DNA from: Iphione sp. A-MEVVRFRX5 | Taxonomy: Eukaryota | DNA: 64,000 nt | Assembly: GCA_976226885.1 (NCBI GenBank) | Contig: OZ320314.1 | Coordinates: 37,014,001 to 37,078,000, forward strand | Direction: 5' to 3' | Part shown: positions 33,901 through 45,800 of the stretch, piece by piece | Position numbering within the stretch: the first letter of the stretch is position 1 | Layout: each line of letters starts with the position of its first letter | Notes under the pieces: generated by a model | Seen by the model: the letters and a program-made list of their open reading frames with translations, nothing else | Told to the model about the DNA's origin: nothing | Database searches by the model: none | Program-made: the position numbers and the translations under genes

Positions 33901-36900
33901 TTTGTCTTGAGCTTATGCGAACTCCTGATCGGAGGCTCCCAGGATATGAGACAAAAATCAGCACAGAACGACTGATTTCGACAGGATACATCTACTTACT
34001 ACCCCATCTAGAAGGTGATTGGTAACTAACTTAGATCTTGCAGGCAATCGAGCCGACCCACGTCCTGTCCTACTCGTGATACGACCTACGGGGTGACTGA
34101 ACCGCTTGCAAGATAAACTCGTGAATCGCACCGCGCGACGTCAGGACTACACACAGTTCATTCGAGAGCACAGGAAGGTTTTGTAAGAAACATCATAAAA
34201 GAGATGCTTTAAATTGGAAAGAGAAAAATGCATGTACATGGAAAATTTGAAATTTGAATCAGGTAAGATGAGAGTGGAATAAAAACACCAAGAGGTACCT
34301 GTACCATGTGCTCACAGACACTTTTAGAATTTAAAAGCCTTTCTCTTAAAACCCAATTAATGAAACCAGATGGCTGCTTTAAAAATACTAACAGTGTACA
34401 GTGTACATGTACATGAAAGGGTCTTTCATGAGGCCTAAGCCCTGCAAATTTACGGTCGTGAAATAGCACATGATGTGATAAACTGTGATATGAAAAGATG
34501 CCCTGAAAAAAGGAAATCTTGCATCTCATTGTTCAAAGCGTTCCACTTAATTGTAGGGTAATAACATGCCCCGATTTTTTATTGCTAAGCTATGCAGACT
34601 TCATATTTTCTAGCATGCACAAACTATGTGGTGACTGCGCTACGTTTTCTCAGTACATATCACTAGTTTTTCTTTCCTGATAACTTCCGAATTGGTTGTG
34701 CAGTGGTTTTCAGGGACCAACAAAGGAAACCAGAGGATAACCCCTGCTTAATGCAAGTTTCATGCCGAAAACGTGCATTTTATACAAACCCATTAAGGCA
34801 ATAACATATGACTCCATTTCCCTCTTATTCATGAGTATCTGATCAAAGGAAGGGAGTCACGGATGAATAATTAATTGTGATCATTGTTAACACAAAAACA
34901 ACTATGATGTCCAAAGTCATAACACATAATTACTGAAAGAACGGTTCTCAATCGTTTCTTAGTCATATTTCCACCTGCTGGCCTTTGCAAGTATTAAGTA
35001 GGAATCTGTTTGAGCACCAATCTAATTGACGTTGGTATCTTCTCTAATCTACCGGCCCTCCATAACTAAGAAATCCGTCATTGTTTTTCTTGCTTTTAGC
35101 AACTTAATTTCAAGGCAGAATAGAACGATAGTAATGAGGAGGACGGCAAAGGCGCTCTTGTCTAATTCAGTGCGCTCAGTGACTCACCATGGTCCCTCTT
35201 CTGCAGCTTCTGTTCCATGTCAGCCAGGTAACGTAAAACCTTCCTCAGACTGTTTTCTAAATTGTGATGGAAACCACCATTAGGGATAAGACAGGCAGAA
35301 CTATACACAAGCGTGGTACATGTTTCAGGTCAGTCCGGGGTGTGTGTCCCCTATGTCATGCAACAGATACACTTGCCATACTTTTATGAAAATGATTCTT
35401 TTATGTGTTTAAAATTAATCATGCATGTTCTCATCTATATTTGGCCATTTACAGGGAACAATTTATGCACCTGAATACGTTATCCGGGTGAACTGGTAAT
35501 CTTTAGCCCTTGTGAATATATTACTCGTGGAATCTATCACACAGATTTTATGCAGTAGCAAGGTCTGTAGCGTCAAAGGTATATTAATAAATACTAGATA
35601 GCCAACCTGATTCGATTCACATGATTTTTGGCAAATGCATTAGGCTGGTTATTCATAAAAATAATATTCTCGAGAATAAAATATCATTGCAACTGATCTA
35701 ATCGATCCAAATATGTTGATGTGTTAATATGGTACTGTGTTAGGTGACCTGTATCATTGGACTGACCTGATACGCTGTTCGGCTGTTCATTAACATCTGT
35801 AACATCAAAGAACACTTTACAGTTTATATACACATTTCGAGAAGAGGGAACTTTTCTATTGAGAAAGAAAGCATGTGTGACAACCAGGATGACGCTGACA
35901 GTTCAAGGAGGACCTCCTATTCTGTGCATCTATACACATACATCGGTTTTCAAGTCTAACTTGTTCTGCTTATCTGTGCACTCACCTACTAAGCTTTTTA
36001 AAATAGCTTTAAAACACCTTTTATTTGCCCTATTCGAATCAGAACAATAGTATCATAGAAGGTCGCGTCCAATTCAACCTATCTAATTGCCAGTGTGACA
36101 ATGAAAATAATTACTTTGGAGGTTTTTGCAAGGCATTTCGCGTATGGATATTAAAAGACAGCGGGCCTGAGAGCAGGAAGTTATAACTGGGAAAACGGCA
36201 CAAAAAGTCTGACTTCTCACATACCATCCTACATGTTAAATGCTTGATTTCACGGAAATCGGAAATTCACATGTTCATTCCCACAACCTTTCATAGATTA
36301 CATTTAGTGTATCCTAACTAAAATACCTGTAGCGCGACATCATGTGGTCTAATAGCGACACACAGTACTAGACCAAAAATCCATGAATAACACACGGATA
36401 ACGTGTGCAACTTAACTGTGAGGGACCACATCTGTGATGTGCCACTCAGCACGGGCAGTGAGAAGTTAAAGTCATTCATGACATGATGGAAAATGGGTTA
36501 AATTCACAATGCATACTTCAACGGGTGATATACACAATATATACTACCTTGAACTCAAAGTACAAATAATAGCTCACATTCACATACCATGATTTATATT
36601 AGTCTGCTCTACTGTGACAGAAGTTATGAGATGAAAAATCAACTCTTAAAGTATTAATACCGTACATATATATCGATGTGGGGTTTCACAACCTTGTACA
36701 TGTAATGTATTCCATGCATAAGGCTGTCGCACACACAGTTGTCTAAATACGTGTATGTTTTCGTCCAGTAAGTCACTTGACACGGACGGGACACAACAAA
36801 AAGACAGTGACCAGATTATATGAACAGTGACAAGAATATGTGAAGCTTGGCAAGAATCCACAGGTCTGTACCAAGTCTTCTGAGTGGGTGGGGTTGTTTA

Positions 36901-36929
36901 AGATGCAAGTGATCTCACCAGGATACCTA

Positions 36930-36931
<2 letters not shown>

Positions 36932-36961
<30 letters not shown>
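36932..36961. repeat. (TA)15 microsatellite
   Basis: Directly visible. Confidence 0.95.
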
Positions 36962-36964
<3 letters not shown>

Positions 36965-38800
36965 GTATACCTACAGGCGTACTAGGAAACATTAAAAAAA
37001 ACACTGAAATATGATAGATTCCAGTTAATATCATCTGAGTGCTCTGTGAAGAAGGCTTCGGGGGTAGCCTACTAGATTCGGGCCTGATTTGTGAACTGAG
37101 TTGTGTAGATGCAGACGTACAATAATGAGACAACCTACCGGGATTGCTCGAGGCTGATGCTGGCCGCCTGTACGCACCCTCCCTATTACGGAGGGCCCTG
37201 GCCAGAAGGTAAGCATAGGCCTTTTCGGAAATGCTATCGGAGGTCCCTATATGAAATGCATGCAACAAACAGGACAACATATACGACATACCGACATACA
37301 TGTACTATGGCCAGACTGTTCGTGTTTACGACAACATTTATTGGAAAAGGGGTAAGGCACAGAGTTGAATAATAATGACAAACTTAGGCTTGGTTTACAT
37401 GTATCTGGAAATTTCTTCTGGGCCCTGGATGCATGGGTCCAGAAAAATCAAACCTATTATAATCCACAGGGCTGTTTCCATGTGACGGGCTCCAGGTCCA
37501 CAGGTGTCCAGAGACCGAAAATGTGCAATGTCCTTAAATCCGGACTCCAGACCCATTAGAAGCATAAAAGTGGTGGTTATTCTTAGGCCAAGGAGACTAA
37601 TTCATTAAATCACGTAGATTGCTTTCTAATTTGGATATCATTTCCATAAAAAAAACTCAAGAGCTTACGCAGATTTGGATGAAATTCCTCGAGATCAGCA
37701 CAAAAAACATACACTCACATTCACACACACGCCCTGCAGGTTTATACCACAAATCAGCAGGTTTATATAATGAATTGGTCCGTTTATATTATGGCCCATA
37801 AATTAACCTCGCCTGTCCCCCACCCTAACACATGGAAACTGGGGGTCTGCAAGGGTCTTGAAAATCAGTTGAAATCTCTAGACAGTGGAAAAGAAACCCA
37901 GACACTTGGAAACCAGGCCTTAGTCATCAAGGAGTAGATAACAAATAGATAGATAAAAAAATTGTGAATAACAGCTAGAGATAAAAGGTGACATCCTTTA
38001 ATTAATTGGTCAATAAGGATAATGAGATGGCATTGACTTGTAAGCAGACCGTTCAAAATAAGGTTTGCAGATAAAGATGGGTCGACATCGATAGAGTTAG
38101 TAAATGGCGAGAATTTACTCACAACAGATGTAATAATGTACTTTTCTTTATCATACACGAGCAAAAATTCCACTTCTATATAGTACATAAGAAATAAATC
38201 CTGCTGATGACAGAGGGTCTTTTCTAGGTAGATTTTTAATATTTATACATATATATAATATTTATATATATACATGACTTGTATTCAGTCCATACCTGTT
38301 TGACATCTCCACACTACAGGAATACTCTTAAACTAACTAGTGCTTGAAGCATACCCTACCATGGCGTGTGCATTGTATAGAAGGGGGAATTAGGGTAGGA
38401 GTCCCCTTTAATCCCCATCAGTGAATACATGTACATGTAGTACCTGAACAGTATTTCCTTGATACATAGCCAGATAAAATACAGCTGGCAGGTATAGGTC
38501 GTTTTAACCGCTCCAGCTGAACGTGAAACTGGCGAGCGAGTGTGCCATTAATGAGGTTTGCTAACCAGACATCAATGGAAACCTTCTTTTGTGGTTTGGT
38601 TTTGCATACCTGAAGCGGCTACTTCGGTCAAGAGCTACACAACAGGAAACGGTGCGGTTTGGTCAACGCCTTAGAAAACCACTCAAGGAAAAGGTGGCTT
38701 ACTTTGACGAGCGAAGTGACCAAGCACTTAGTGGGTGTACATCACAAAGGCAGGCTACACAATGATAATAACACGATGGAGACATATTGCAGGTGACACA

Positions 38801-38813
38801 CCGGAAATGACGT
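38801..38813. promoter_or_regulatory. ETS-like CCGGAAAT overlapping a CRE-like TGACGT next to the gap
   Basis: Motif match only, in a locally more GC-rich stretch. Confidence 0.25.
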
Positions 38814-38889
38814 TCCTCAGTGGTCGAATGGAAAGGTGATGGCTGTACTGGCTTATTACCATAGTGAATTATTGACGAGAGACGCTCTT

Positions 38890-39043
38890 NNNNNNNNNNN
38901 NNNNNNNNNNNNNNNNNNNNNNNNNNNNNNNNNNNNNNNNNNNNNNNNNNNNNNNNNNNNNNNNNNNNNNNNNNNNNNNNNNNNNNNNNNNNNNNNNNNN
39001 NNNNNNNNNNNNNNNNNNNNNNNNNNNNNNNNNNNNNNNNNNN
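38890..39043. other. Assembly gap (154 N)
   Basis: Run of N. Confidence 1.
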
Positions 39044-40772
39044 TCAGCTGGTTTATTTTTTGGGGGAGTTTTTTTTCTTTTTTCTTTTTTTTTGGGGGGG
39101 AGGGGGTTCAATTTGATTTTACATTACAAGCCAGGCTCCCCCCGTGGACAGTGATTGTTAATTGTTGGAAAACGCAACCCTGTCCACAAGAAATTCCTTC
39201 ATAAAAGCTACGACCAAAGGGAAGAGAAATCCAAGTGTTACTCTTTTCTGATAAAAACTAAGTATCTTTGTTAATAAAAAATAGGATCAAAACCTGTTGT
39301 AAACGTAATTCCTTAAAATAATCTAAGAGGGAAGTTTATTTTAGTTACGACAACTGAATCTTCATCCAGCTTAACGTTAAGATGAATAAATATCATACTG
39401 TGGCTAATCTTATACACAATGTTGGTTAAAGAAATATCTTATATTAGACAACCTTCTTATTTGTTCTATAGGGCACTAGAAGAATATCAGGTGCAGCGAG
39501 CTTGATTAGATATGATGAATCCATAGTAATGGTCACGTCAAAGTAGAAATTGTTTTATACTAGTATAAATTGTGAAAGATCAGTCCTGATGATATATCTT
39601 CAAACTTCAAAAGCTTTATGACTTGTTTCTATAAAGAAGTAATGAAGGCACACAGACAAAACACACAAGTAGTTGAAGTTCCTTCGAAAAATTGTTCTGT
39701 GACCACGGTACATGTACTAGAATGTAGGCCTACACTTCATATAATATAAAAGGTAATGAAAATTAAGAATATTAGATGCTTATAATATACATTATATGAT
39801 TATAATAAGGATTTAAAGCCAAAGCCTATCCATTCCAAAACATGAAAGTCCCCTAATGTACAGAGTCCATTCCTCCCAAACTTAAATCTCTCCCCGCAAA
39901 AAAGTATTAGAACTTATGCTTTCAAAACCAGCAGGTTTGTTACAATCATGTCGTTTACAATCCATTAGACGTCGACCAACTTCGCATTAAAAAAGCGTCA
40001 TGAAAGATGGTAAGACTACAATAATGGGCTGCTGCAAGTCATTGACCCCAACAGCTCTGTAATTACCAAGGCATTGCCTTAGCAGGTAGGCCAATGAGAA
40101 AATCAAACACTGGCCCTTTGGGGTGTACACGGAAAACTGAAAATGTCCCCAACCGAATTTATAGTCATTTTTAACCAACAAAATCCTATTTTTTATAAGT
40201 ACTCCCTGCAATTAACAAAATATGGCATATTTAATCGGGTAAATATGGTCCATGGACTCAACAATTTAGAATTCATTCTTCGGCAGAGGCGACCAACTGT
40301 GTTGTCATGAATATGACACTGCCTGTATAGACAACATTCCAACCAACCCAATTCCGTTCTAATTTCCAACACCAGTTGGGGAAGTAAGGCACTTTCAAAC
40401 GAAGTTATGAAAAGCTAATATTGATATTATCCAGAATGCTGGCTTTGACCTTTGGTGCAAGAAGAAAATAGACTGAGTGAAAATTTGGGAAAAAAGAAAA
40501 GTGATTTGATACCCATTCGACGTTTAATTGAAATTCAAATTCAAGTACATGTAATATAATTCTACGAAGGCGTGTGAAAGTAGATTAGTAGATAATTAAA
40601 ACAGTTTTGAATTATAAAACGTCCCTCCGAATGGAATCAAATACACCAATTTATTCAAAAGATTTGTAAACAGCAACGATTGAAAAGGTTTCGGTGGCAC
40701 TAATTCTGTCAAGAAAGAAAATGTAAGGGTCAATTTCCTAGATATCAAATTTGATCCACCTGGCGACCTCAC

Positions 40773-40802
40773 CTTCGTTTCGTTTATATGGTAGACTTCC
40801 AT
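40773..40802 (-). CDS. Micro-exon 7 of repeat peptide precursor: DGSLPYKRNE
   Basis: tttcag|ATGGAAGTCTACCATATAAACGAAACGAAG|gtgagg; 30 nt, phase 1-1. Confidence 0.85.
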
Positions 40803-41522
40803 CTGAAATTGGTCATTTCAAGCATTTAATTGAGGTAGAACATCAATATGCCTTTTTACAGGTTCCAAGTATTCCACAGGCTTTGAAAGCAAGCCACGTA
40901 AGGCACATGTATTTTCACTCTTTACATGAAATGAAAGCACAGTGAATGACGGTAAGAAAGAGTATAATGGTTATAAAGGTTATCATGGATCTTATATACA
41001 GTTGAAGCACTAAGTTAATGAGCTCTACCTTTCTAACCTTCTCCGACAAACAAAACAGGGTTAATCCACACGGTACTGCTATGCTAACTTTTGATAACAT
41101 TTAGAACTTCCACCTGTTAGTGTCCCGACACCTGAAGCCGCAATTGTAAGCAAGGAGCTATTGATACTAAAGAAGCACCTAGATGAGAAATCCCACAGAT
41201 AGGCGGGACAGGGATAGAAGTGCCTGTCCAGTTTTGCCTGGTAAAGGACGGTATGCTATCCCAAGCTTTCTCTCTTGTATTTCAGGCCCTGTTCACCATG
41301 GGCTATCTGTACGCCCAATTGCTTCACTTTTCCTTGACTGTTTTCCGCTGACGGGTGCTGGCTGTAGTTAAATTACTAAGCTCGTACTGGAGCACCCGAA
41401 GCGAAAGATTAGAGGTTGGAATGTTGAAATGTGAAACAACCCTGATTTCACTGAAGAAAGTGACGGGAGTACAGAGACAGATCCTGATCTAAAGCATACG
41501 GCAGATGGTCACTTCTCTTTAC

Positions 41523-41552
41523 CTTCATTTCTTCTGTATGGAATATGCCCAT
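41523..41552 (-). CDS. Micro-exon 6: DGHIPYRRNE
   Basis: cttccag|ATGGGCATATTCCATACAGAAGAAATGAAG|gtaaag; 30 nt, phase 1-1. Confidence 0.85.
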
Positions 41553-42639
41553 CTGGAAGAATTAGCATTAAAAACATTGAATCTGACTATCTGCATAGTC
41601 CAGATGACACCTTTCTCTATTCTAGAAGATATGTACCGGTACATGTATACCGAGTGGTGTCTTTCAAAGGGGCAGAAAAGGGGGCATTACGTGGTTTTCA
41701 GTTACTGTTATTTTGAATAAAAATCTTTCGTTCTGTTTTTCATAAACACAAACGCCTCTCTTGATTGTCACTATAAGTTAGTTTCTACCTACTCTAAAGC
41801 TAACCACTCGTGTCTTCGCAATATAAAACTGAAGCATTGGCTTCTATTTTTCTAATCACAAATTATCACATATATTTAATAAACATGAATGTATGATTAT
41901 CAGAGTAGGTAACATAATTGGCAAAAAACTCCAGACATGTCAACTTCAGCATTGTCACCGGTGATACAAAAGGAGGTGGTACGGCGATGCATAAATTTTC
42001 ATTTTTTCGAGTGGGATATACACATAAGCAATCATAGTCAATGCGCCAACTTTAAATAAACATTAACACCGAGACCTGTTCTACAACACTCGGCAACACT
42101 TGGGCATTGTCTACCCTTGTAATGTCTAATTTTGCTTGATATCAATCTGTATTTCTGTCTTGGTAGTAGTGCTTGCTGGAGTGGAAATCTGCATCGATTT
42201 GAATGACGCCGATCAGCAGAACGCACAAGTCGATATTGCTGGGAATGGTAACGAATTCAAATATGTCAGCACTGACGAAAGTTCATGTGTGTGTGTAACG
42301 CCAATGAATGAACCGACACTGATAGCAGTAGTAAAGTACATGTAGAGATACAAGTACATGTATGTGAAACGACAGACTTAGGGCCAGTTTCCTTACATGC
42401 GTTGGTGCGTTTTTGATTCATTTTTGATCTCTTTAGATCCGTTTTTAACAATCATGTTGATTCTAATAGAGGGTGTCAAATGTGTCTGTGTCTGTTGGTA
42501 TCCGTTTGGTATCCATTGCCCATTAATGGTCCCTGACCAATAATTTAATGCGCATAGATGGCAATGGAAAGCAGTATACAGAAGGCAACCTTTGAATCAG
42601 GTGAAAACGAGGATGAAAAGACATGATTACTGCACATAT

Positions 42640-42860
42640 CTGCACAAATGTGTCATTTTTTTGCACTTTCTCCCAGAAATTCGCCATTTTTTTGCACTTT
42701 CTCCATGGAATTTGCTGCAATCTCCATGAAATAGCTGTTTCTCTGCACTTTCTCCCTGAAATCTACCATTTTTTGGCCCATTCTCTATGGAATTTGGCAC
42801 AATTTCCATGAAACAGCAGTTTTTCTGCCTTTTATCCAAGAAGTTTGCTATTTTTTCATA
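42640..42860. repeat. Degenerate minisatellite (TTTTGCACTTTCTCC-containing units)
   Basis: Several imperfect copies of TGCACTTTCTCC and TGGAATTTG visible. Confidence 0.55.
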
Positions 42861-43293
42861 CACCTATAAAACATTTATCATAGATTTCATGGATCATAAA
42901 CACACTCTCAACAGTCACCCCTTTGCTTTGAGGTGCATGAGAGCAAAACACATGTAAAATGCATGGTGATGCACATGGACAGCAAATGCAGGTGAATGCA
43001 CCTCAATGCATGTAAGGAAACTGGCCCTTATTATATTTTCAAGCCTGACTGTGCTGATCTGTATACATTCCTTATATGGCAGTGTCAATTATTTTTTCTG
43101 CATTTAGACCTTGGTGTAGGGCAGTAGGCATTTGTAAGGGCTTGGGCACATATTTCCATATGGATAGGTGTTTGCGATTGGGGCAAAGCTGACTAAGCAT
43201 TCTGTTTATACTAATAGCCATTTTATTGGCAGACCTGTACACATAAACCCTTGAATTAGGGTTGGTCTCCTTACATATATTGATGTTTGTGCA

Positions 43294-43651
43294 TTAGGCC
43301 CCCAAAAAAATAGGTTTGTTTCTGGTAACTCCCCCTACCTAGTAAAACCTTACCCTACCTAAAAATCTTTTGGCCCCCAAGAGTTTCCAAGGCCGAATTT
43401 CCTTAGATAAGTGTTTTCAAAGCATATGTTTTTAGTAAATTCAGTAGAAAACAACAAAATCCATGGAAACTCAGCAAAGAAGTAAAACTCATTCAAATTG
43501 GTCAAAATTCTTGAAATTGTCTTTATTATTATTGAAAACCACAGGAAGAAAGTTGAAAAAAAAATTAAAAAAAAAAAAAAAAGATACCCCCCTCCCTACC
43601 TAGGTTTTTGGCTGCCGTTACCAGAAACACACCTATTTTTTGGGGGCCTTA
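43294..43651. mobile_element. Non-autonomous TIR DNA transposon, copy 2 (shorter relative of 29759-30933)
   Basis: Same TIR and subterminal CCTACCTA sequences as copy 1; 358 bp. Confidence 0.8.
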
Positions 43652-43881
43652 TCTGCCTGTTTTCTGTCCATTTCTGTCCGTTTTTATTGGTCATGTTCAT
43701 GCTAATAGAGGGTGCCAAATGTGTCTGTGTGTGTTGATGTCTGTTGGTGTCTGTTTGATGTCCGTTGACCATTAATGGCCCCTGACCAATAAGTTAACAC
43801 CCACTGACAGCAAATGGACAGTACTATACTAGAGATACATCTTTGAATCAGGTGAAGTAACATAAAAACCATGTTAACAGA

Positions 43882-44124
43882 CATCAAATTTGTCCTTTAA
43901 CAAGTGAAATTTGTCTTTTAACTAGTGAAATTCACTGGTTTTTGCCACTATTCCCATCAAATTTGTCTTTTAACTAGTGAAATTCACTGGTTTTTGCCAT
44001 TATTCCCATCAAATTTGTCTTTTTATCCTTTAACTAGTGAAATACACTAGTTTGTCAACTATTCCCATCAAATTCGTCCTTTAACTAAAGCAGCCTCACT
44101 GCAACCTCAATAGAGTGAGGTTGC
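43882..44124. repeat. 52-bp tandem array followed by a perfect 9-bp stem-loop
   Basis: Unit CATCAAATTTGTCTTTTAACTAGTGAAATTCACTGGTTTTTGCCACTATTCC; hairpin GCAACCTCA-ATAGAG-TGAGGTTGC at 44101-44124. Confidence 0.8.
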
Positions 44125-45242
44125 GTTAAGGGAAAATGCATGTAAAATGAATACTAGCAAACATGGACAGCAAACGCAGGTGAACACACCTAAATGCATG
44201 TACGCAAACCAACCCTTAACCTATAATCATCATTTAGTATTCACTGGTTCTCAGGTGGTTCCCAGGAAACCTTTCCCTCGGAAGACATCTTACCAACCAG
44301 ATGAAAACATCTCAAAAAAGAAACGTTTATTTTGCTTTACTAATGCCCAAAACTTGACCTTTTTCTTTGTTGACAGCCTATGATGATGCAACAAATATCC
44401 ATACTCTTTCTCCTTAAAATGAATTAAAGTTCAATGCCACAATATGGACTACCCTCTTCTTTATGAAAACACTTTCAAGCTCAGTTTCTCGATGAAATGT
44501 GATATATAGGACTACCTTTTATAGAAGGGGAAGCAACTGTCTTTCCAAATGAAAACTGAAACCTTGTATTAAATGTTTACATCAATAGAACTGGTTATTC
44601 TATGTGAAGTTCTTCACAGTAGGCGGTGATACTTGATCAGCTGAAGGCGACCTTCAGCGGGGTTTTAAATTCCGCCAATAATTCAGAGATGATAGGGCAA
44701 CTAAAGTGGTGGGAACGTATTCAGATGAAACTCGAGATAAATTGCAGATAATTTTGAGTTTCGGTGAGTTGCAGATCATATCCTTGAGTACCCTTAAAGG
44801 GAAGCAGTATGAAAATGACTATATTATAATGTTAGACTGCTGAAGGGGCCAACGACATTGAATTATGTGTTGCTACATCATTACAGCAGCATTGTTTCAT
44901 CAAATATTAATTGACTCCACTAAGATTGACTCTACCTCATAGCACTAGTTCGCTGAAGTTCATATTGGGCATAAACGTTACATTGAGAAACCATGTATCC
45001 ACATTCTTATACACTATAATATATAGGATAAGATATATAGAAAGCCTCAAACCAGGGGCACACGTTCTTCTTTAACTATTTTTGAGGCATGTCTCTCTTT
45101 GACACTTCTTTCAATATACAGAAATAAATTCTTTTTTCATGACGGTGTCCCTATTAGAGGCATACGTCCCTAATATACGGTAACGAGAAAGTTTTGGACA
45201 TAATATTAATCCACTCGTTTGGAATTTATCTCACGATCTTAC

Positions 45243-45272
45243 CTTCGTTTCTCTTGTATGGCGTTTGGCTCT
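45243..45272 (-). CDS. Micro-exon 5: ESQTPYKRNE
   Basis: ctttccag|AGAGCCAAACGCCATACAAGAGAAACGAAG|gtaaga; 30 nt, phase 1-1. Confidence 0.85.
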
Positions 45273-45758
45273 CTGGAAAGATGACAAAATAAAAACATTG
45301 AAGAGAAAGAGCAAGAAATACGTAATTAGGCCTACTTCTAATTTTTTTTGTATATTTAGAGCAATACGCTTCAGCATGTACGCTGGTTCCCTCTTCTCAA
45401 ACTTGCTACTTTCCAGATAATAGTGTATATAATCAGAAAGTGCTATAGTTTGCTAAACCTCTGTTAGAAGTTACTACACTTCATGTTTAACAAAAATAGA
45501 AGGTTACGCGGTTAAAGAGGTAGTACTGGGCAAAGAAGGATTACAGTGGAAAGTATTAAACGTTGCAAGAAGAAAACTTGAAAAGCGAGTCCTCGTAAAA
45601 ATGAATAGACATTCAAAAGCACCTATAAACAAGATGGAGAAAATCCGTAATGGCTAGGTTTACAATTTGCATCGGAACTGCTTAATTTCTGCGGGTCTAT
45701 GTGATTTAAATGTCACTCCTGAAATGCAATGTATAGTTCGTGTTGTCCACAGACTTAC

Positions 45759-45800
45759 CATCCTCTCCACGCTTTAGGGTTCTGTAAGGTACTGGGCCAT
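45759..45800 (-). CDS. Micro-exon 4: DGPVPYRTLKRGED
   Basis: tctatag|ATGGCCCAGTACCTTACAGAACCCTAAAGCGTGGAGAGGATG|gtaagt; 42 nt, phase 1-1. Confidence 0.8.

Noticed and set aside
44515-44539. Extra micro-exon DSCFPFYKR
   Set aside because: 25 nt, ends in phase 2, weak AAG acceptor, spacing differs from the repeat; probably chance.
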